A stretch of DNA of 64,000 nt from Candidatus Levyibacteriota bacterium (GTDB lineage: Bacteria > Patescibacteriota > Microgenomatia > Levybacterales > UBA12049): contig JBBSGK010000001.1 of NCBI GenBank assembly GCA_038254115.1, forward strand, positions 67,778 to 131,777, in the 5' to 3' direction. This document shows, in pieces, positions 47,550-57,508 of this stretch. The notes under the pieces were generated by a model. The model saw only the letters and a list, made by a program, of their open reading frames with translations, was not told where the DNA came from and searched no databases. Both the position numbers and the translations under genes were made by a program. How positions within the stretch are numbered: the stretch's first letter is position 1; every line of letters starts with the position of its first letter.

Positions 47550-48086
47550 TTATATTTTTATTTGAGGTTCCATAGAAATTAGACTCTCAGTAAATATAGG
47601 TTTATAATCATCCACCTTAACATCTTGCAAAATTTCCGTAAGCAGCGTGGTGCTTTTGTATAAAGCAAGATCTATTAGCTCTTTATCCTCATGTCCGGTA
47701 TCGATTTCTATCCGGAAAACCCCCCGCGGATCTTTATTCCAATTCCAGCTGGTCAGTCCATTATAGATGTGGTTTTTAGACTCCTGGTTGTATTTTAGTT
47801 CGCTTAAGTTCTCAAGGATTATATGTTCAAAAAGATGTCCTATTTCAGTATTTAGAACTTCTTTTGAAAATTTGTAATCATTACCATTAAAACATTTGGA
47901 GCACATGATACTTGGCAATTGTTTTTTTAGTAAATAGGAAGTCCCCGGTAAATTTTCAGTAGTAAGTATTGATACCAGCATTTCCATGCGGATTTTAGTA
48001 GATTTTGCTCTTGTCACTACATCAAGAGTGAACAAGTCGTTTTTATATAAAACAGGCTGTTTAACCTGCGCAGTGATTATAGACAT
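47550..48086 (-). CDS. Stand-alone cyanophycin-synthetase N-terminal-like domain protein
   Basis: LPSIMCSKC...F...V.NTEIGHLFEHIILE...G.T......GVFRI resembles the CphA1 N-domain C...HxxEH motif. Confidence 0.7.
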   Translation of the reverse strand: MSIITAQVKQPVLYKNDLFTLDVVTRAKSTKIRMEMLVSILTTENLPGTSYLLKKQLPSIMCSKCFNGNDYKFSKEVLNTEIGHLFEHIILENLSELKYNQESKNHIYNGLTSWNWNKDPRGVFRIEIDTGHEDKELIDLALYKSTTLLTEILQDVKVDDYKPIFTESLISMEPQIKI

Positions 48087-48168
48087 AGATAAATTCTTTC
48101 CGTTTTATTACGGGTTACATAGATAATACACAGAATTAAAATAACTTTGCAAACATATGAAGCGGCAA

Positions 48169-48594
48169 TTAGAAGATTTTTTTAAAATGATAGCCTTCAT
48201 TTTTATATCCCAAAGATTCATAAAATTCATGAGCTGCTGTACGGTCATAAACTGATTCGATAAACATGTTTAAGCAATCAAGCGCTTTAGCTTTTTCCTC
48301 AACAGCTTCCATAAGTTTTTTTCCAATTCCATGTTTTCTATATTCTTCTATAATAAATAATTCATCCAGTTCTGCGATCGGTTTGGGATATCTTATAACC
48401 AGCCTTATGGAAAATGTGGTAAAGCCTACTAATTTATTATTTTCTTCAGCCACAAATACGAAATTATTGGAGCTATCCAATACTTTTTCAAATGAATCAT
48501 TATTTTTTGTGGAAAATCTTTTCTTTCCTACAAATAAATTATAGAGATTAATTAGTTCTTCGTAGTCGGATAATTTTGCCAGCCTTATTTTCAT
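48169..48594 (-). CDS. GNAT family N-acetyltransferase
   Basis: ELFIIEEYRKHGIGKKL, AHEFYESLGY; ATGA overlap with the upstream gene. Confidence 0.9.
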   Translation of the reverse strand: MKIRLAKLSDYEELINLYNLFVGKKRFSTKNNDSFEKVLDSSNNFVFVAEENNKLVGFTTFSIRLVIRYPKPIAELDELFIIEEYRKHGIGKKLMEAVEEKAKALDCLNMFIESVYDRTAAHEFYESLGYKNEGYHFKKIF

Positions 48595-49346
48595 TTTCCC
48601 CCTCCGCCTTTTTTCCATTCAACTGAGGTCAGGAGTTTGCCATATAAGTCTTTTTCGATCGGAAATATTACTGCATTCAATTCATCCGGTGTAGGGATTC
48701 TATCCTGAAACTTTACAAAAGATAAATCAGTAAGGATAGCAAGAGGAGTTTGTTCGTTTGTTTCGCCAATTACAACCACAGCTGATACGGCGAGGGATTC
48801 GATCACACTCACCTGAGTAAACATTATTTGTCTTCCGAAGATATCATTTTTGCCGACAAAGCTATTGATCGCTTCAAACCCGCACCAGCTGAGGCAACTG
48901 CCAATAACGCCTGTCCTGACAGGAATAATTCCACTGTCTGTTACAATTACGCCAAGATTTTTTATATTACGTTTTTCTCTTAGATACTGCCATATTTTAT
49001 CCGTAATCTCCTGCAGATTTTTTGGCCATAAAACATACCCTTCGTCTGTATTGGATTCGTCAATTCCGGCAGTGAATACAATAAGTCCGTTCTTGCGCGT
49101 GAGAAAGATTTTTCCATACTCAGAATCTTTATCATTCTCTATGTAATAGTCGGATTCTTTTTTTATAAGTTCCTCCTTTGTTATGGCTCCATCGTTTTTG
49201 ACAATATCCCCCTGGGTAATACTTACAATTTTTGAGGTAATAGCAACTACTGAATTTTCATTAAGAGGCGGTAGATATTTATCGAGAATTTTATAAAGAT
49301 CCTCACCGGCTTTTATTTTGTGGGTTTTGTAGGATCTGACTATCAT
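48591..49346 (-). CDS. CofE-like gamma-glutamyl ligase (F420-0:L-glutamate ligase family, putative folate-related)
   Basis: ITSKIVS..QG, AGIDESN, GVIVTDS...PVR.G, GETNEQTP; start ATG 49346. Confidence 0.85.
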   Translation of the reverse strand: MIVRSYKTHKIKAGEDLYKILDKYLPPLNENSVVAITSKIVSITQGDIVKNDGAITKEELIKKESDYYIENDKDSEYGKIFLTRKNGLIVFTAGIDESNTDEGYVLWPKNLQEITDKIWQYLREKRNIKNLGVIVTDSGIIPVRTGVIGSCLSWCGFEAINSFVGKNDIFGRQIMFTQVSVIESLAVSAVVVIGETNEQTPLAILTDLSFVKFQDRIPTPDELNAVIFPIEKDLYGKLLTSVEWKKGGGGK

Positions 49347-49449
49347 GCGGAAATTATAACATAATCTAAATCTGGCAATTATTTTATCGTCATTCAGAAG
49401 AAAATATATAATTGACTTTAGCCTATAGCAATGGTATACTATCGGTCTT

Positions 49450-51045
49450 ATGGCAGTACAAATTGAACTGAGACCTGGACATTCTGATGGTAGACCTCCT
49501 ACGCTAAAAGAAAGAGTGGCTAGAATAGGAAAGCGGAGAATCCCATCCAATGCTGTTGGTGAGTTCTGGCAACTTCGTGGTGAGCGTAACCCCGGTCATA
49601 TCTTCGGTGGCGTGATCTTAAGAAGTATGGAGGATCTGGCGATACAAGGTGCTGTTCCTTCTCTTCCTGCATTTCAAGATATTAACGAAGGTAATCGAAT
49701 CGATTCCATGGAGCTAGGAACAGATATTAATATAAACGCTCTGTCTCCGGACGCTCAGGAGGAGATTTCCTTAAGAAAATCTCAAATTGACGGACTTATT
49801 ACAGCAGACACATCTACTATGGATGATGGCGAGAGAAAAGAGCATGAGGCAAAGCTAAAAGCAGTTAGAATATTCATAGATGGATTATCATATGAAATGA
49901 AGCCGGCAATACTTCGCTCATTGGGTTTCGATGTTCCCCAAGGCACGTATGATGTAGATCCCCGTGAGTTCAGGACAAGCATAGAAAACCGTATCAAATC
50001 TAACGGCGAACCGGTAAGCAGACAGTTTGTAGCATTAGCGGGATATGTAAATGCAAGAGACCGTGTGCACACCGACTTATTGTTTGAGCGTTTCAAAAAC
50101 GAAAGGATGGAAATATTCAGAGAGCAAACAAACAGGCTTATAGACGAGGGTGTACTTCCGTTGGACCGTGAAGTCTTTGATGACCGCCTGAGGCGGGAGG
50201 CAGATTGGTATTTGACCGATGAGATATCAGAAGTGCTTACATACGATTTTCCGTATGTCTCACGTGGTTGGGCAGTCGCAGCACAAGGATTCATTACTTT
50301 TACTAAAAATTCCTATGACCTTGCTCCTTCCGAGAATGTATCACACGCAACAAGAGGTAATTTTGCAGATCATGAACTTGTCCACACATACATAGCGGGT
50401 AAAAGGTTTGTTAAAAAGGAGGGAGAAATAGTCGTTGCAACAAAAAAAGGATTTTATGAATTTGTTGAAAAAAGTGAAGGAGCTAGCTTTAGTACTAATC
50501 ATTGGATAGATGAAGGAATTACTGAATACCTCATGGTTTTACTCGGCAGAGATGAGAGAGTACGAGAAGAGCGCGCAGACGAAAAAAAGCATATCTATGA
50601 TACAGCTTATATTCCTGTCTTCAAAGCACTTGCTGAGGAGATAGGCTATGAGCCATTTCTTAAGTACTTTGTGATGGACCGTGATCCGGATGATCCCGAT
50701 CCTTTTAACCAAGCGCGAAGGAATCTGGTAAAAAAGCTTGATAATGAATTTGGGCACGCGACCCTGATTCGTTTGTCTGAATATATGGATGGATATGTTT
50801 TAGACGGGGCAGACGATGCAAATAAGGCAATACTAGCCGGATCAAAGAAATTACTTGGTGCAATGGCCGAGGATAAATCCACAATAAGTGAGCGATTTGC
50901 AGATGAGGAATTGAGAGAGTATAGTAAAAATCCAAGTCCAGCTGTTGCCCGTGAACTTTATCCAAAGTTCAATGAATTACTGGATCAAGCAATTGAATGG
51001 TCAAAAAAACAAAGAAAAGAGCGGCTTGCTACATTACCTGAATAA
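49450..51045 (+). CDS. Hypothetical protein with gluzincin-type metallopeptidase motifs
   Basis: ADHELVH followed downstream by WIDEGITEYL; own TTGACT-17-TATACT promoter. Confidence 0.65.
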   Translation: MAVQIELRPGHSDGRPPTLKERVARIGKRRIPSNAVGEFWQLRGERNPGHIFGGVILRSMEDLAIQGAVPSLPAFQDINEGNRIDSMELGTDININALSPDAQEEISLRKSQIDGLITADTSTMDDGERKEHEAKLKAVRIFIDGLSYEMKPAILRSLGFDVPQGTYDVDPREFRTSIENRIKSNGEPVSRQFVALAGYVNARDRVHTDLLFERFKNERMEIFREQTNRLIDEGVLPLDREVFDDRLRREADWYLTDEISEVLTYDFPYVSRGWAVAAQGFITFTKNSYDLAPSENVSHATRGNFADHELVHTYIAGKRFVKKEGEIVVATKKGFYEFVEKSEGASFSTNHWIDEGITEYLMVLLGRDERVREERADEKKHIYDTAYIPVFKALAEEIGYEPFLKYFVMDRDPDDPDPFNQARRNLVKKLDNEFGHATLIRLSEYMDGYVLDGADDANKAILAGSKKLLGAMAEDKSTISERFADEELREYSKNPSPAVARELYPKFNELLDQAIEWSKKQRKERLATLPE

Positions 51046-51052
51046 AGCAACT

Positions 51053-51703
51053 TCATTTATCCTTTTTGAGCCAGTTGACGCCGAGATAGACGAGGGGGGT
51101 CTCGATGATAGACATGAAGCAGCGGAGAAGATAATAGGGAATTGCCAGGCCAATTATAAAGCTTAAATTACTTGCAAATGGTTTATCAAGAGCATAGAAA
51201 GCAAGCGTCATAAAAATAGCAGTATCCAGAAGTTCTGAGCCAAAGTTTGATAGATTTGTTCTGAGCCAGAGTTTGGTTTTGCCAAATTTTTTCTGAAGCC
51301 TGGCAAAAATATAGATATCTGAAAATTCACTAATTATAAAAGCAATCAGACTGGCTGCAGAGAATCTTGCAGAAATCCCAAAGATTGTATTGTAAGCTGT
51401 GTTGGTAGGCAAGAATCTTTTACTTGGCGGTAGATAAGTTACAAGAAGGGAAAAAAGCAAAATAAATAAAATCATAAAAAGGCTCGATCTCACAACGCTT
51501 TGGGCCCGTTCTTTACCAAAGACTTCAACGATAATATCATTGATTGAATAAATGAGAGGTAGGACAAAAAGCGCAACAGTTGCATTCAGGTGAAACGTTC
51601 CGATAGTTGCAATGGGGAAAGTTTTGGCTCCCATGAGTTCGGAGAGGATGACACAGGTTGTGTAAAAAGCGATAAGGAAATCTAATTTGTTGATTTTAAA
51701 CAT
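51053..51703 (-). CDS. Queuosine precursor transporter (YhhQ/VUT family)
   Basis: NDIIVEVFG, RFSAASLIAF.ISE..D, LWLRTN.SN..SELLDT.IF, ETPLVY. Confidence 0.9.
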   Translation of the reverse strand: MFKINKLDFLIAFYTTCVILSELMGAKTFPIATIGTFHLNATVALFVLPLIYSINDIIVEVFGKERAQSVVRSSLFMILFILLFSLLVTYLPPSKRFLPTNTAYNTIFGISARFSAASLIAFIISEFSDIYIFARLQKKFGKTKLWLRTNLSNFGSELLDTAIFMTLAFYALDKPFASNLSFIIGLAIPYYLLRCFMSIIETPLVYLGVNWLKKDK

Positions 51704-51765
51704 AATTGGGTAAGCGGAGCAACAAAAACATTATAGCAAAAGAGGCTAGGAATATAAAGTGGGAT

Positions 51766-52323
51766 TTATCTGGGTTGTCTTCTCGGATCAGGAGTAACCG
51801 CCCTAAGCAATAGGGCAATATCTTTTGCTCTATCAACAGTATTCGCTTCATTTTCCATAGGAATAACCAAGTTTTTGCCATCAGAATAGCGAATAACTGA
51901 AAGTGTGTTATTGACTCCGCTATAGCCTCTACCCCCAAATATGGAAGATCTTGCAAAGTCTGAAGGATTACGCTCTGGATCAACAGTGCGTGATCCAATA
52001 GCTATAGCTAGTTGCGTTTTGCCTGAGCGTAATCTATGGCGAACTACAAGAATGGAGGGCACCTCAGTTTCAGATGTTTCTCTCTCTAAATGTTCTAAAT
52101 GGTCAGCAATAAAAGACGATGAACCTCTTCTAATTCCCCTCGCAGTCCTATTGGAAATATCATGGAATACAGCGGTCCTACCACCTCTTCCCAAAATCTC
52201 AGCAAGCCTAATATTGCTTGCCGCATCTGTACTTTCTACAAGATCTCGTTCTCTAATTGTATGTAAAACCGCATTTTCTATTAGGACATTTGGCGGTGTC
52301 AATCCATCATTTTCTCCTGCCAT
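51766..52323 (-). CDS. Hypothetical protein
   Basis: 185-aa ORF with TGCTAGAAT box 8 nt upstream. Confidence 0.6.
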   Translation of the reverse strand: MAGENDGLTPPNVLIENAVLHTIRERDLVESTDAASNIRLAEILGRGGRTAVFHDISNRTARGIRRGSSSFIADHLEHLERETSETEVPSILVVRHRLRSGKTQLAIAIGSRTVDPERNPSDFARSSIFGGRGYSGVNNTLSVIRYSDGKNLVIPMENEANTVDRAKDIALLLRAVTPDPRRQPR

Positions 52324-52428
52324 ATCGGGCTATTCTAGCATAGAATATTTTTCTTTACAACTTGCAGAGGGTTGTTTGAAAATGATTTACAGTCGTAGTT
52401 AAGTAAATAACTTATGTGATAAAATATT

Positions 52429-54366
52429 GTGAAGAACATGATTGGAAGCTTTTCTCTTAGCGACTTCTATTTTTGGCTCAATTTTATTTATTTTATACCG
52501 GTAGTATTTATCTCAAATTATATTCCGGGGAATTTGTTACTAAATAAATTAAAAATTGACAGATTTTCCAAAATAATATTAAGCATAGTGACCGGAATGG
52601 TTTTATGGGGATATCAGGGATACATTTTTGGATATATTGGATTTAGATTTGGAACATATATTTATCTTTTTGCCTGTTTAGTATTTTGGCTAATACAGTT
52701 TAGAAAGTTCGATACTAATTTCCCTGAGGTAAGAATCTCAAAACAAACAATATTATTATCGCTTCTTCTTCTAGCAGGTACAGCCGTTCAACTAGTAAGC
52801 ATATGGTTTACAGGTATTAACATACCTCAGGGGCTGAGTTTGTGCTGCGGGATTGATAGTATTTATCATCTTTCTTTAACTCATGAGATTGTAAAACAAT
52901 TTCCACCAATGGAACCGGGTACTTTTGGTACAGTCGTAAAAAACTATCATTATTTTTCAAATATGATAGTTGCAGAATGGATACGGGTTTTTAAATTACC
53001 ACTGACAGCGACATATTTTCAATTCTCAACAGTACTACTTTCTTTTTTGATGGGAGGAACTGCTGTAGCATTTGGAAGAGTACTTGGATTAAGCAGGAAA
53101 TATATTTATTGGTTATTATTTTTCATTTATTTTAGCGGTAGCGCTACTTACCTTATTATTTTATTCTCAAAACATATTCTTGATTTCAGAACTCTGGTAT
53201 TACATGAATCGACTATTCTTTGGGCAAGTCCATCCAGAGTGTATGGAATAGTTATTTTCCTGACGGGATTAACATTTCTAAATTTGTTTTTAAAAAGTAA
53301 GGATACTTTTCTGGGAGTTATATGCGGGATTATATTTGGATGCCTTATCAGTGTGAAGGTTTATTTCGGTTTATTTGTGGTAGCGGGATTTTTTGTACTT
53401 GATCTTTATTTTCTTGTTAAAAGAGATCTAAAAGCATTTCTGCCTTCAATAATAACTCTGATTTTTTCACTATTACTTTACTTACCTGTAAATACCGGCT
53501 CCGGAGGATTGGTCTTTACCGGTATGTGGAGGTTTGAAAATTTTATCGTTTTCCCGCCTCTTGGACTAGAAAGATTAGAATTAGCAAGAGTTATTTATTT
53601 GAACCACAATAACTGGCTGCGTGTTTTTATATATGAAATATTCTTTGTGATTTTATATTTTATTGCCACTTTTGGAACGCTATTAATAGCAGTTTTTCAG
53701 ACACGGAAATCATTAAGTTCAATCAGGAAAGAGATACACTTTTTTCTATTGGGAGGTGTTATTATCTCTCTGATTGCAGGATCATTTTTTATACAAGAAG
53801 TGGGCGGTAGTAATTCTGCCCAATTCATTATTACCGTAATAGCAATAATATCTATATATGCAGCTTTATCTGCTGAATTCTGGACAGAGAGGACAAATAA
53901 TAAAGGGTTTAAGTTAGCATTAATTGCATTATTAATTATATTTACTGTACCCCGCGCATTACATGATACAATTTTTAAAATTAAGGATATACCTCACCCA
54001 ACCAATCTAATTGTAAGTAATGATGAGCTCGAGGCGCTCGCATACTTAAGAAAGGCACCGGACGGAGTAATATTAAGCCCGGTATCGGATTGTCTATACA
54101 TAACACTTCTTGCAGATAAGCCTGTATATGCTTGTAATGATGCCAATGTACTTACAGACCATCAGGTAAAAAATGGAAAAGAAAGGCTTAAAACAGCCAA
54201 ATATATTTTTTCGGATATTAATATTGAAAATATAACCGGATTTTTAAAGAAGCAAAACATCAGCTATATATACATAAAAAAAGATTCAAAAAACACTCTG
54301 AAAAGTTACGCATTGCCTGTAGTGCTTGATAATAAATCAACAACTATCCTAAAACCACGTTTTTAA
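52429..54366 (+). CDS. Polytopic membrane protein (GT-C-like glycosyltransferase candidate)
   Basis: Many TM helices, D..YH.SL and YHYFS loop motifs, small C-terminal soluble domain. Confidence 0.7.
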   Translation: MKNMIGSFSLSDFYFWLNFIYFIPVVFISNYIPGNLLLNKLKIDRFSKIILSIVTGMVLWGYQGYIFGYIGFRFGTYIYLFACLVFWLIQFRKFDTNFPEVRISKQTILLSLLLLAGTAVQLVSIWFTGINIPQGLSLCCGIDSIYHLSLTHEIVKQFPPMEPGTFGTVVKNYHYFSNMIVAEWIRVFKLPLTATYFQFSTVLLSFLMGGTAVAFGRVLGLSRKYIYWLLFFIYFSGSATYLIILFSKHILDFRTLVLHESTILWASPSRVYGIVIFLTGLTFLNLFLKSKDTFLGVICGIIFGCLISVKVYFGLFVVAGFFVLDLYFLVKRDLKAFLPSIITLIFSLLLYLPVNTGSGGLVFTGMWRFENFIVFPPLGLERLELARVIYLNHNNWLRVFIYEIFFVILYFIATFGTLLIAVFQTRKSLSSIRKEIHFFLLGGVIISLIAGSFFIQEVGGSNSAQFIITVIAIISIYAALSAEFWTERTNNKGFKLALIALLIIFTVPRALHDTIFKIKDIPHPTNLIVSNDELEALAYLRKAPDGVILSPVSDCLYITLLADKPVYACNDANVLTDHQVKNGKERLKTAKYIFSDINIENITGFLKKQNISYIYIKKDSKNTLKSYALPVVLDNKSTTILKPRF

Positions 54367-54469
54367 AGCGTAGGGGAAGAAGTTGAGATATTGCTTCAAT
54401 CTGACAATTACAAAAACTTCTGAATCTTAATTGTGGTTTGGGAAGAAGAAGTAATGGTTTCTAGAAAAG

Positions 54470-54874
54470 TTATTTATCTGCGGGGAGACTTTCGCATGCT
54501 TCATCATCTTTATCCCCATCGAGGCGGTTGGTGTCTTTACTCTGTCCACCCGCATTAGTAAAAAAGGTCTGTGCTTCTTTTTGGGTTTGAAAGTCATCGC
54601 AATTGTACTCATCTGTGAGTTTTCCACCGCTTGTTACTACTTTACCTGATTTATCCCTCATAACGTTTCCCTTTTCATCTCTAGCGACTTTTGATTCAGA
54701 CATTGATGAACCCGACAAAAGCTTCCCCAGATCAAAGTCATTGTTACTGGCTTCAAGTCCAAATGCGCCAAGAAGCAATGCAACTACTCCAATCAGCACA
54801 GCTTTTATCACATTTTTTGTTCCACCACTGGCATTATCCAGTGGTTTTAATTTAGGTATTTTTGGTATAGCCAT
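54470..54874 (-). CDS. Membrane-anchored protein with excalibur-like Ca-binding C-terminus
   Basis: YNCDDFQTQKEAQ.FF...D..RLDGDKDDEACESLP. Confidence 0.8.
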   Translation of the reverse strand: MAIPKIPKLKPLDNASGGTKNVIKAVLIGVVALLLGAFGLEASNNDFDLGKLLSGSSMSESKVARDEKGNVMRDKSGKVVTSGGKLTDEYNCDDFQTQKEAQTFFTNAGGQSKDTNRLDGDKDDEACESLPADK

Positions 54875-54880
54875 ATATTT

Positions 54881-54982
54881 TTACCAGACAGAGTACAACA
54901 AGTAAGCCGCGATTATTAGCAAAAGCGCAATCACAATAAGCCTGGTGTTTTTATTATCTCGTAACTTGTTGATAGTAGCCAT
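54881..54982 (-). CDS. 33-aa single-TM peptide, in frame with the downstream gene
   Basis: MATINKLRDNKNTRLIVIALLLIIAAYLLYSVW*, TGATATAAT 10 nt upstream; not in the ORF track. Confidence 0.55.
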   Translation of the reverse strand: MATINKLRDNKNTRLIVIALLLIIAAYLLYSVW

Positions 54983-55027
54983 TATCTAGTAAATTATATC
55001 ACACATTTTAAATATTTGGAATACCCT

Positions 55028-55870
55028 TTATTTAAAAGTATCACATGCAGATAGTGAGCCTTGCTGATATCCTTTATCAAACCAGTTCCGGCGCTGTTCA
55101 GAGGACCCATGGGTCCATGATTCAGGATTTACGTAACCTGTAATTTTTTTTTGGATACGGTCATCTCCAACTGCTGATGCTGCATCCATTGCCTCATGAA
55201 TTTCCCCCGGTTCCAAAACGCCTCTATCTTTAATAGAATTTACCCAAAGGCCTGCAAAACAATCCGCCTGAAGCTCAAGTTTTATTGATAAATTATTTCT
55301 GAGGTCAGGGCTCGACCCCATTTCTTTTTGCTGCTCCCCCATGATTCCCAATTCATTCTGGGCATGGTGGGCTACTTCATGGGCGATAATATACGCCTCA
55401 GCAACATCTCCTCCATTAGCCCCAAATCGCCCTGTTAATTCATCAAAAAAAGTTTCATCAAGGTAAATTGTCTTGTCCAGCGGACAATAATGCGGCCCTA
55501 CCTCAGAAGTAGCCGCCCCGCACATTGATTCAGTTGCACGCCGGAATAATACTAATTTTGGTTCAGTATAGGTCTTGTTTGTACCGGTAAATATCTGCTT
55601 CCACATTTCATTATTCGATCCAAGGACTGTTGAAGCAAACTCTTCATAACTATCTTTTCCCTCAAATTCTTGAGTGGTAATATTTTGCTGTTGCTTAACG
55701 GGGATATTTTGTAATTCATTTAAGAAGTCTGTAGTGTTTCCACCGGACAAGACATTGAACAAAAAAAGCAACGCAACACCAGTCAGGCTAATTCCACCAA
55801 TTGCAGCAGGTGCAAAAGACCTTCTATCTTCAACATTTCCACGATTTAATATCTTGCTCCAATTTGCCAT
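55028..55870 (-). CDS. Neutral zinc metallopeptidase (YpfJ family)
   Basis: NVEDRR, GPHYCP.D..IYLD, AHEVAHHAQ, ELQADCFAG, THGSSEQR. Confidence 0.93.
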   Translation of the reverse strand: MANWSKILNRGNVEDRRSFAPAAIGGISLTGVALLFLFNVLSGGNTTDFLNELQNIPVKQQQNITTQEFEGKDSYEEFASTVLGSNNEMWKQIFTGTNKTYTEPKLVLFRRATESMCGAATSEVGPHYCPLDKTIYLDETFFDELTGRFGANGGDVAEAYIIAHEVAHHAQNELGIMGEQQKEMGSSPDLRNNLSIKLELQADCFAGLWVNSIKDRGVLEPGEIHEAMDAASAVGDDRIQKKITGYVNPESWTHGSSEQRRNWFDKGYQQGSLSACDTFK

Positions 55871-55989
55871 AATAGTTAATGCAGATTGATTTTATGCTGT
55901 ATTGTTAGAAATTGCATGCAACATTGGATAATTGGCACTACTTGAATTGTCAGCCAAATAGGGTACCACATGAAGCTGAAGTTCTACAA

Positions 55990-57114
55990 TTATTTCTTTT
56001 TTATTGGTAATGAAAACGAAAATGTCGAGCCTTTTCCTTCAACACTCTCAACCTTTATTTGTTCTCCATGCTGTTTGATTATCTGCGCGGCGATATATAA
56101 GCCCAATCCATATCCTGACAGACTTTTTGTCTTTACGTTTTCGCTTCTGTAAAATCTGTCAAACACTCTCTTTTTCTGCTCCTTCGGAATACCCATACCA
56201 AAATCTTCGACACTGACAGTTACACTCTTTTTATTCTCAAACAGCCGAACAATAACCTTTTTAGCTTCGGGTGAGTACTTTATGGCGTTGGTAAGAAAGT
56301 TCGTCAAAACCTGTCCAATATGCTCTTTAATGGCACTAACCTTATGGGAGGTTTTCCCTTCGACCACAATAGTGTGAGTTGGTGCGGTAGCTTCCAGCTC
56401 TTTTGCCGTGTCCTTCACTAAACTATCAAGGTTAAATTCTTCAGTCTGGTAATCTGCCATGCCAGATTGGATTTTGGAAACATTAAGCAAATCGCGAATC
56501 AGGTTCTCCTGTTTGGTTATCTGCTCCTGCATTTTAGTAAGGTGTGATAGACCTTTGGTTTCCTTAATCTGCTCAAGGTGTTTGTGGAGTATCTCAGCAT
56601 AAAGCTTAATGCTTGTCAGGGGTGTTTTAAGCTCATGGCTTGCCATACTAATAAAATCATCTTTTTGCTGTTCAAGCTCTTTTCGTTCTGATAAATCCCG
56701 TATTATTTTGGCAAATCCAAGTAAGTTTCCTGCCTTATCCCTTAAAGGCGTTGACATGCCACTCGCCCAGAATTGGCTTTTATCGCGTCTTACAAGCCAG
56801 TTTTCGTCATCACCTGTGCCTGTTTCCAGCGCTTGTTCTAATTCTAACTTTGGCTTACTCGCTTTTCTGTCTTCAAGGGTAAAAAGTCTTGAAAAGTGTT
56901 TGCCGACAATTGCTTTTTCCTTGTACCCCAAAAGGTTTTCTGCTCCGATATTCCACCCTATTACGTATCCTTTTAAATCAAGCATAATCATTGCGTATTC
57001 TTTAACACCCTCTACAAATAAGCGGTATCCCTCGTCATCTCCCACGACTGAAACCTCACGAGCATTTTTTGTAGTTGTTTTATTCGTAAATGGAACTTTT
57101 ATTTTTTTATCCAT
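55990..57114 (-). CDS. PAS-domain sensor histidine kinase (cytoplasmic)
   Basis: PAS (WNIGAE..GY), ASHELKTPLT, N.LTNAIKYS, DFGMGI, G.GLGL. Confidence 0.93.
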   Translation of the reverse strand: MDKKIKVPFTNKTTTKNAREVSVVGDDEGYRLFVEGVKEYAMIMLDLKGYVIGWNIGAENLLGYKEKAIVGKHFSRLFTLEDRKASKPKLELEQALETGTGDDENWLVRRDKSQFWASGMSTPLRDKAGNLLGFAKIIRDLSERKELEQQKDDFISMASHELKTPLTSIKLYAEILHKHLEQIKETKGLSHLTKMQEQITKQENLIRDLLNVSKIQSGMADYQTEEFNLDSLVKDTAKELEATAPTHTIVVEGKTSHKVSAIKEHIGQVLTNFLTNAIKYSPEAKKVIVRLFENKKSVTVSVEDFGMGIPKEQKKRVFDRFYRSENVKTKSLSGYGLGLYIAAQIIKQHGEQIKVESVEGKGSTFSFSLPIKKK

Positions 57115-57127
57115 ACTTTTCTCTAAT

Positions 57128-57508
57128 TCATTTAGTGTATTTTTCTACTTTTGCTAATAAGTCTTGCATCTCAAACGGTTTAGCAATAAAGTCATCTGCA
57201 CCCGCCTCTTTGGCAATATCTCTTGTGTCTTTATTAGCTGAAATCATGATAATTGGGATATGCTTTGTTTTCTTTTGACTCTTCAATTGTTTACAAATCT
57301 CCTTGCCATCAATACCCGACATCCATATGTCCAGTAAAACAAGGTCAGGCAACTCATTTTGTACTTTCTGCACAGTTTCACCATCTAATGTTGAGGTAAC
57401 CTCATATCCATCGTCTTCAAGCATTAAAGTCATAACATGTAAAATAGCAGTATCATCATCTGCAACTAATATCTTTTTCTTGTTTGTAGAAGAGCTGTGC
57501 TTATTCAT
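57128..57508 (-). CDS. Single-domain response regulator (receiver only)
   Basis: ILVADDD, DLVLLDIWM, ISA, AKPF. Confidence 0.93.
   Translation of the reverse strand: MNKHSSSTNKKKILVADDDTAILHVMTLMLEDDGYEVTSTLDGETVQKVQNELPDLVLLDIWMSGIDGKEICKQLKSQKKTKHIPIIMISANKDTRDIAKEAGADDFIAKPFEMQDLLAKVEKYTK

Noticed and set aside
48591-49346. Coenzyme F420 biosynthesis
   Set aside because: No other cof/fbi genes; lone CofE-like ligases are better explained by folate-type glutamylation
51704-51765. preQ1 riboswitch upstream of the queuosine precursor transporter
   Set aside because: The leader after TGCTATAAT is only ~25 nt and lacks the hairpin plus A-rich tail
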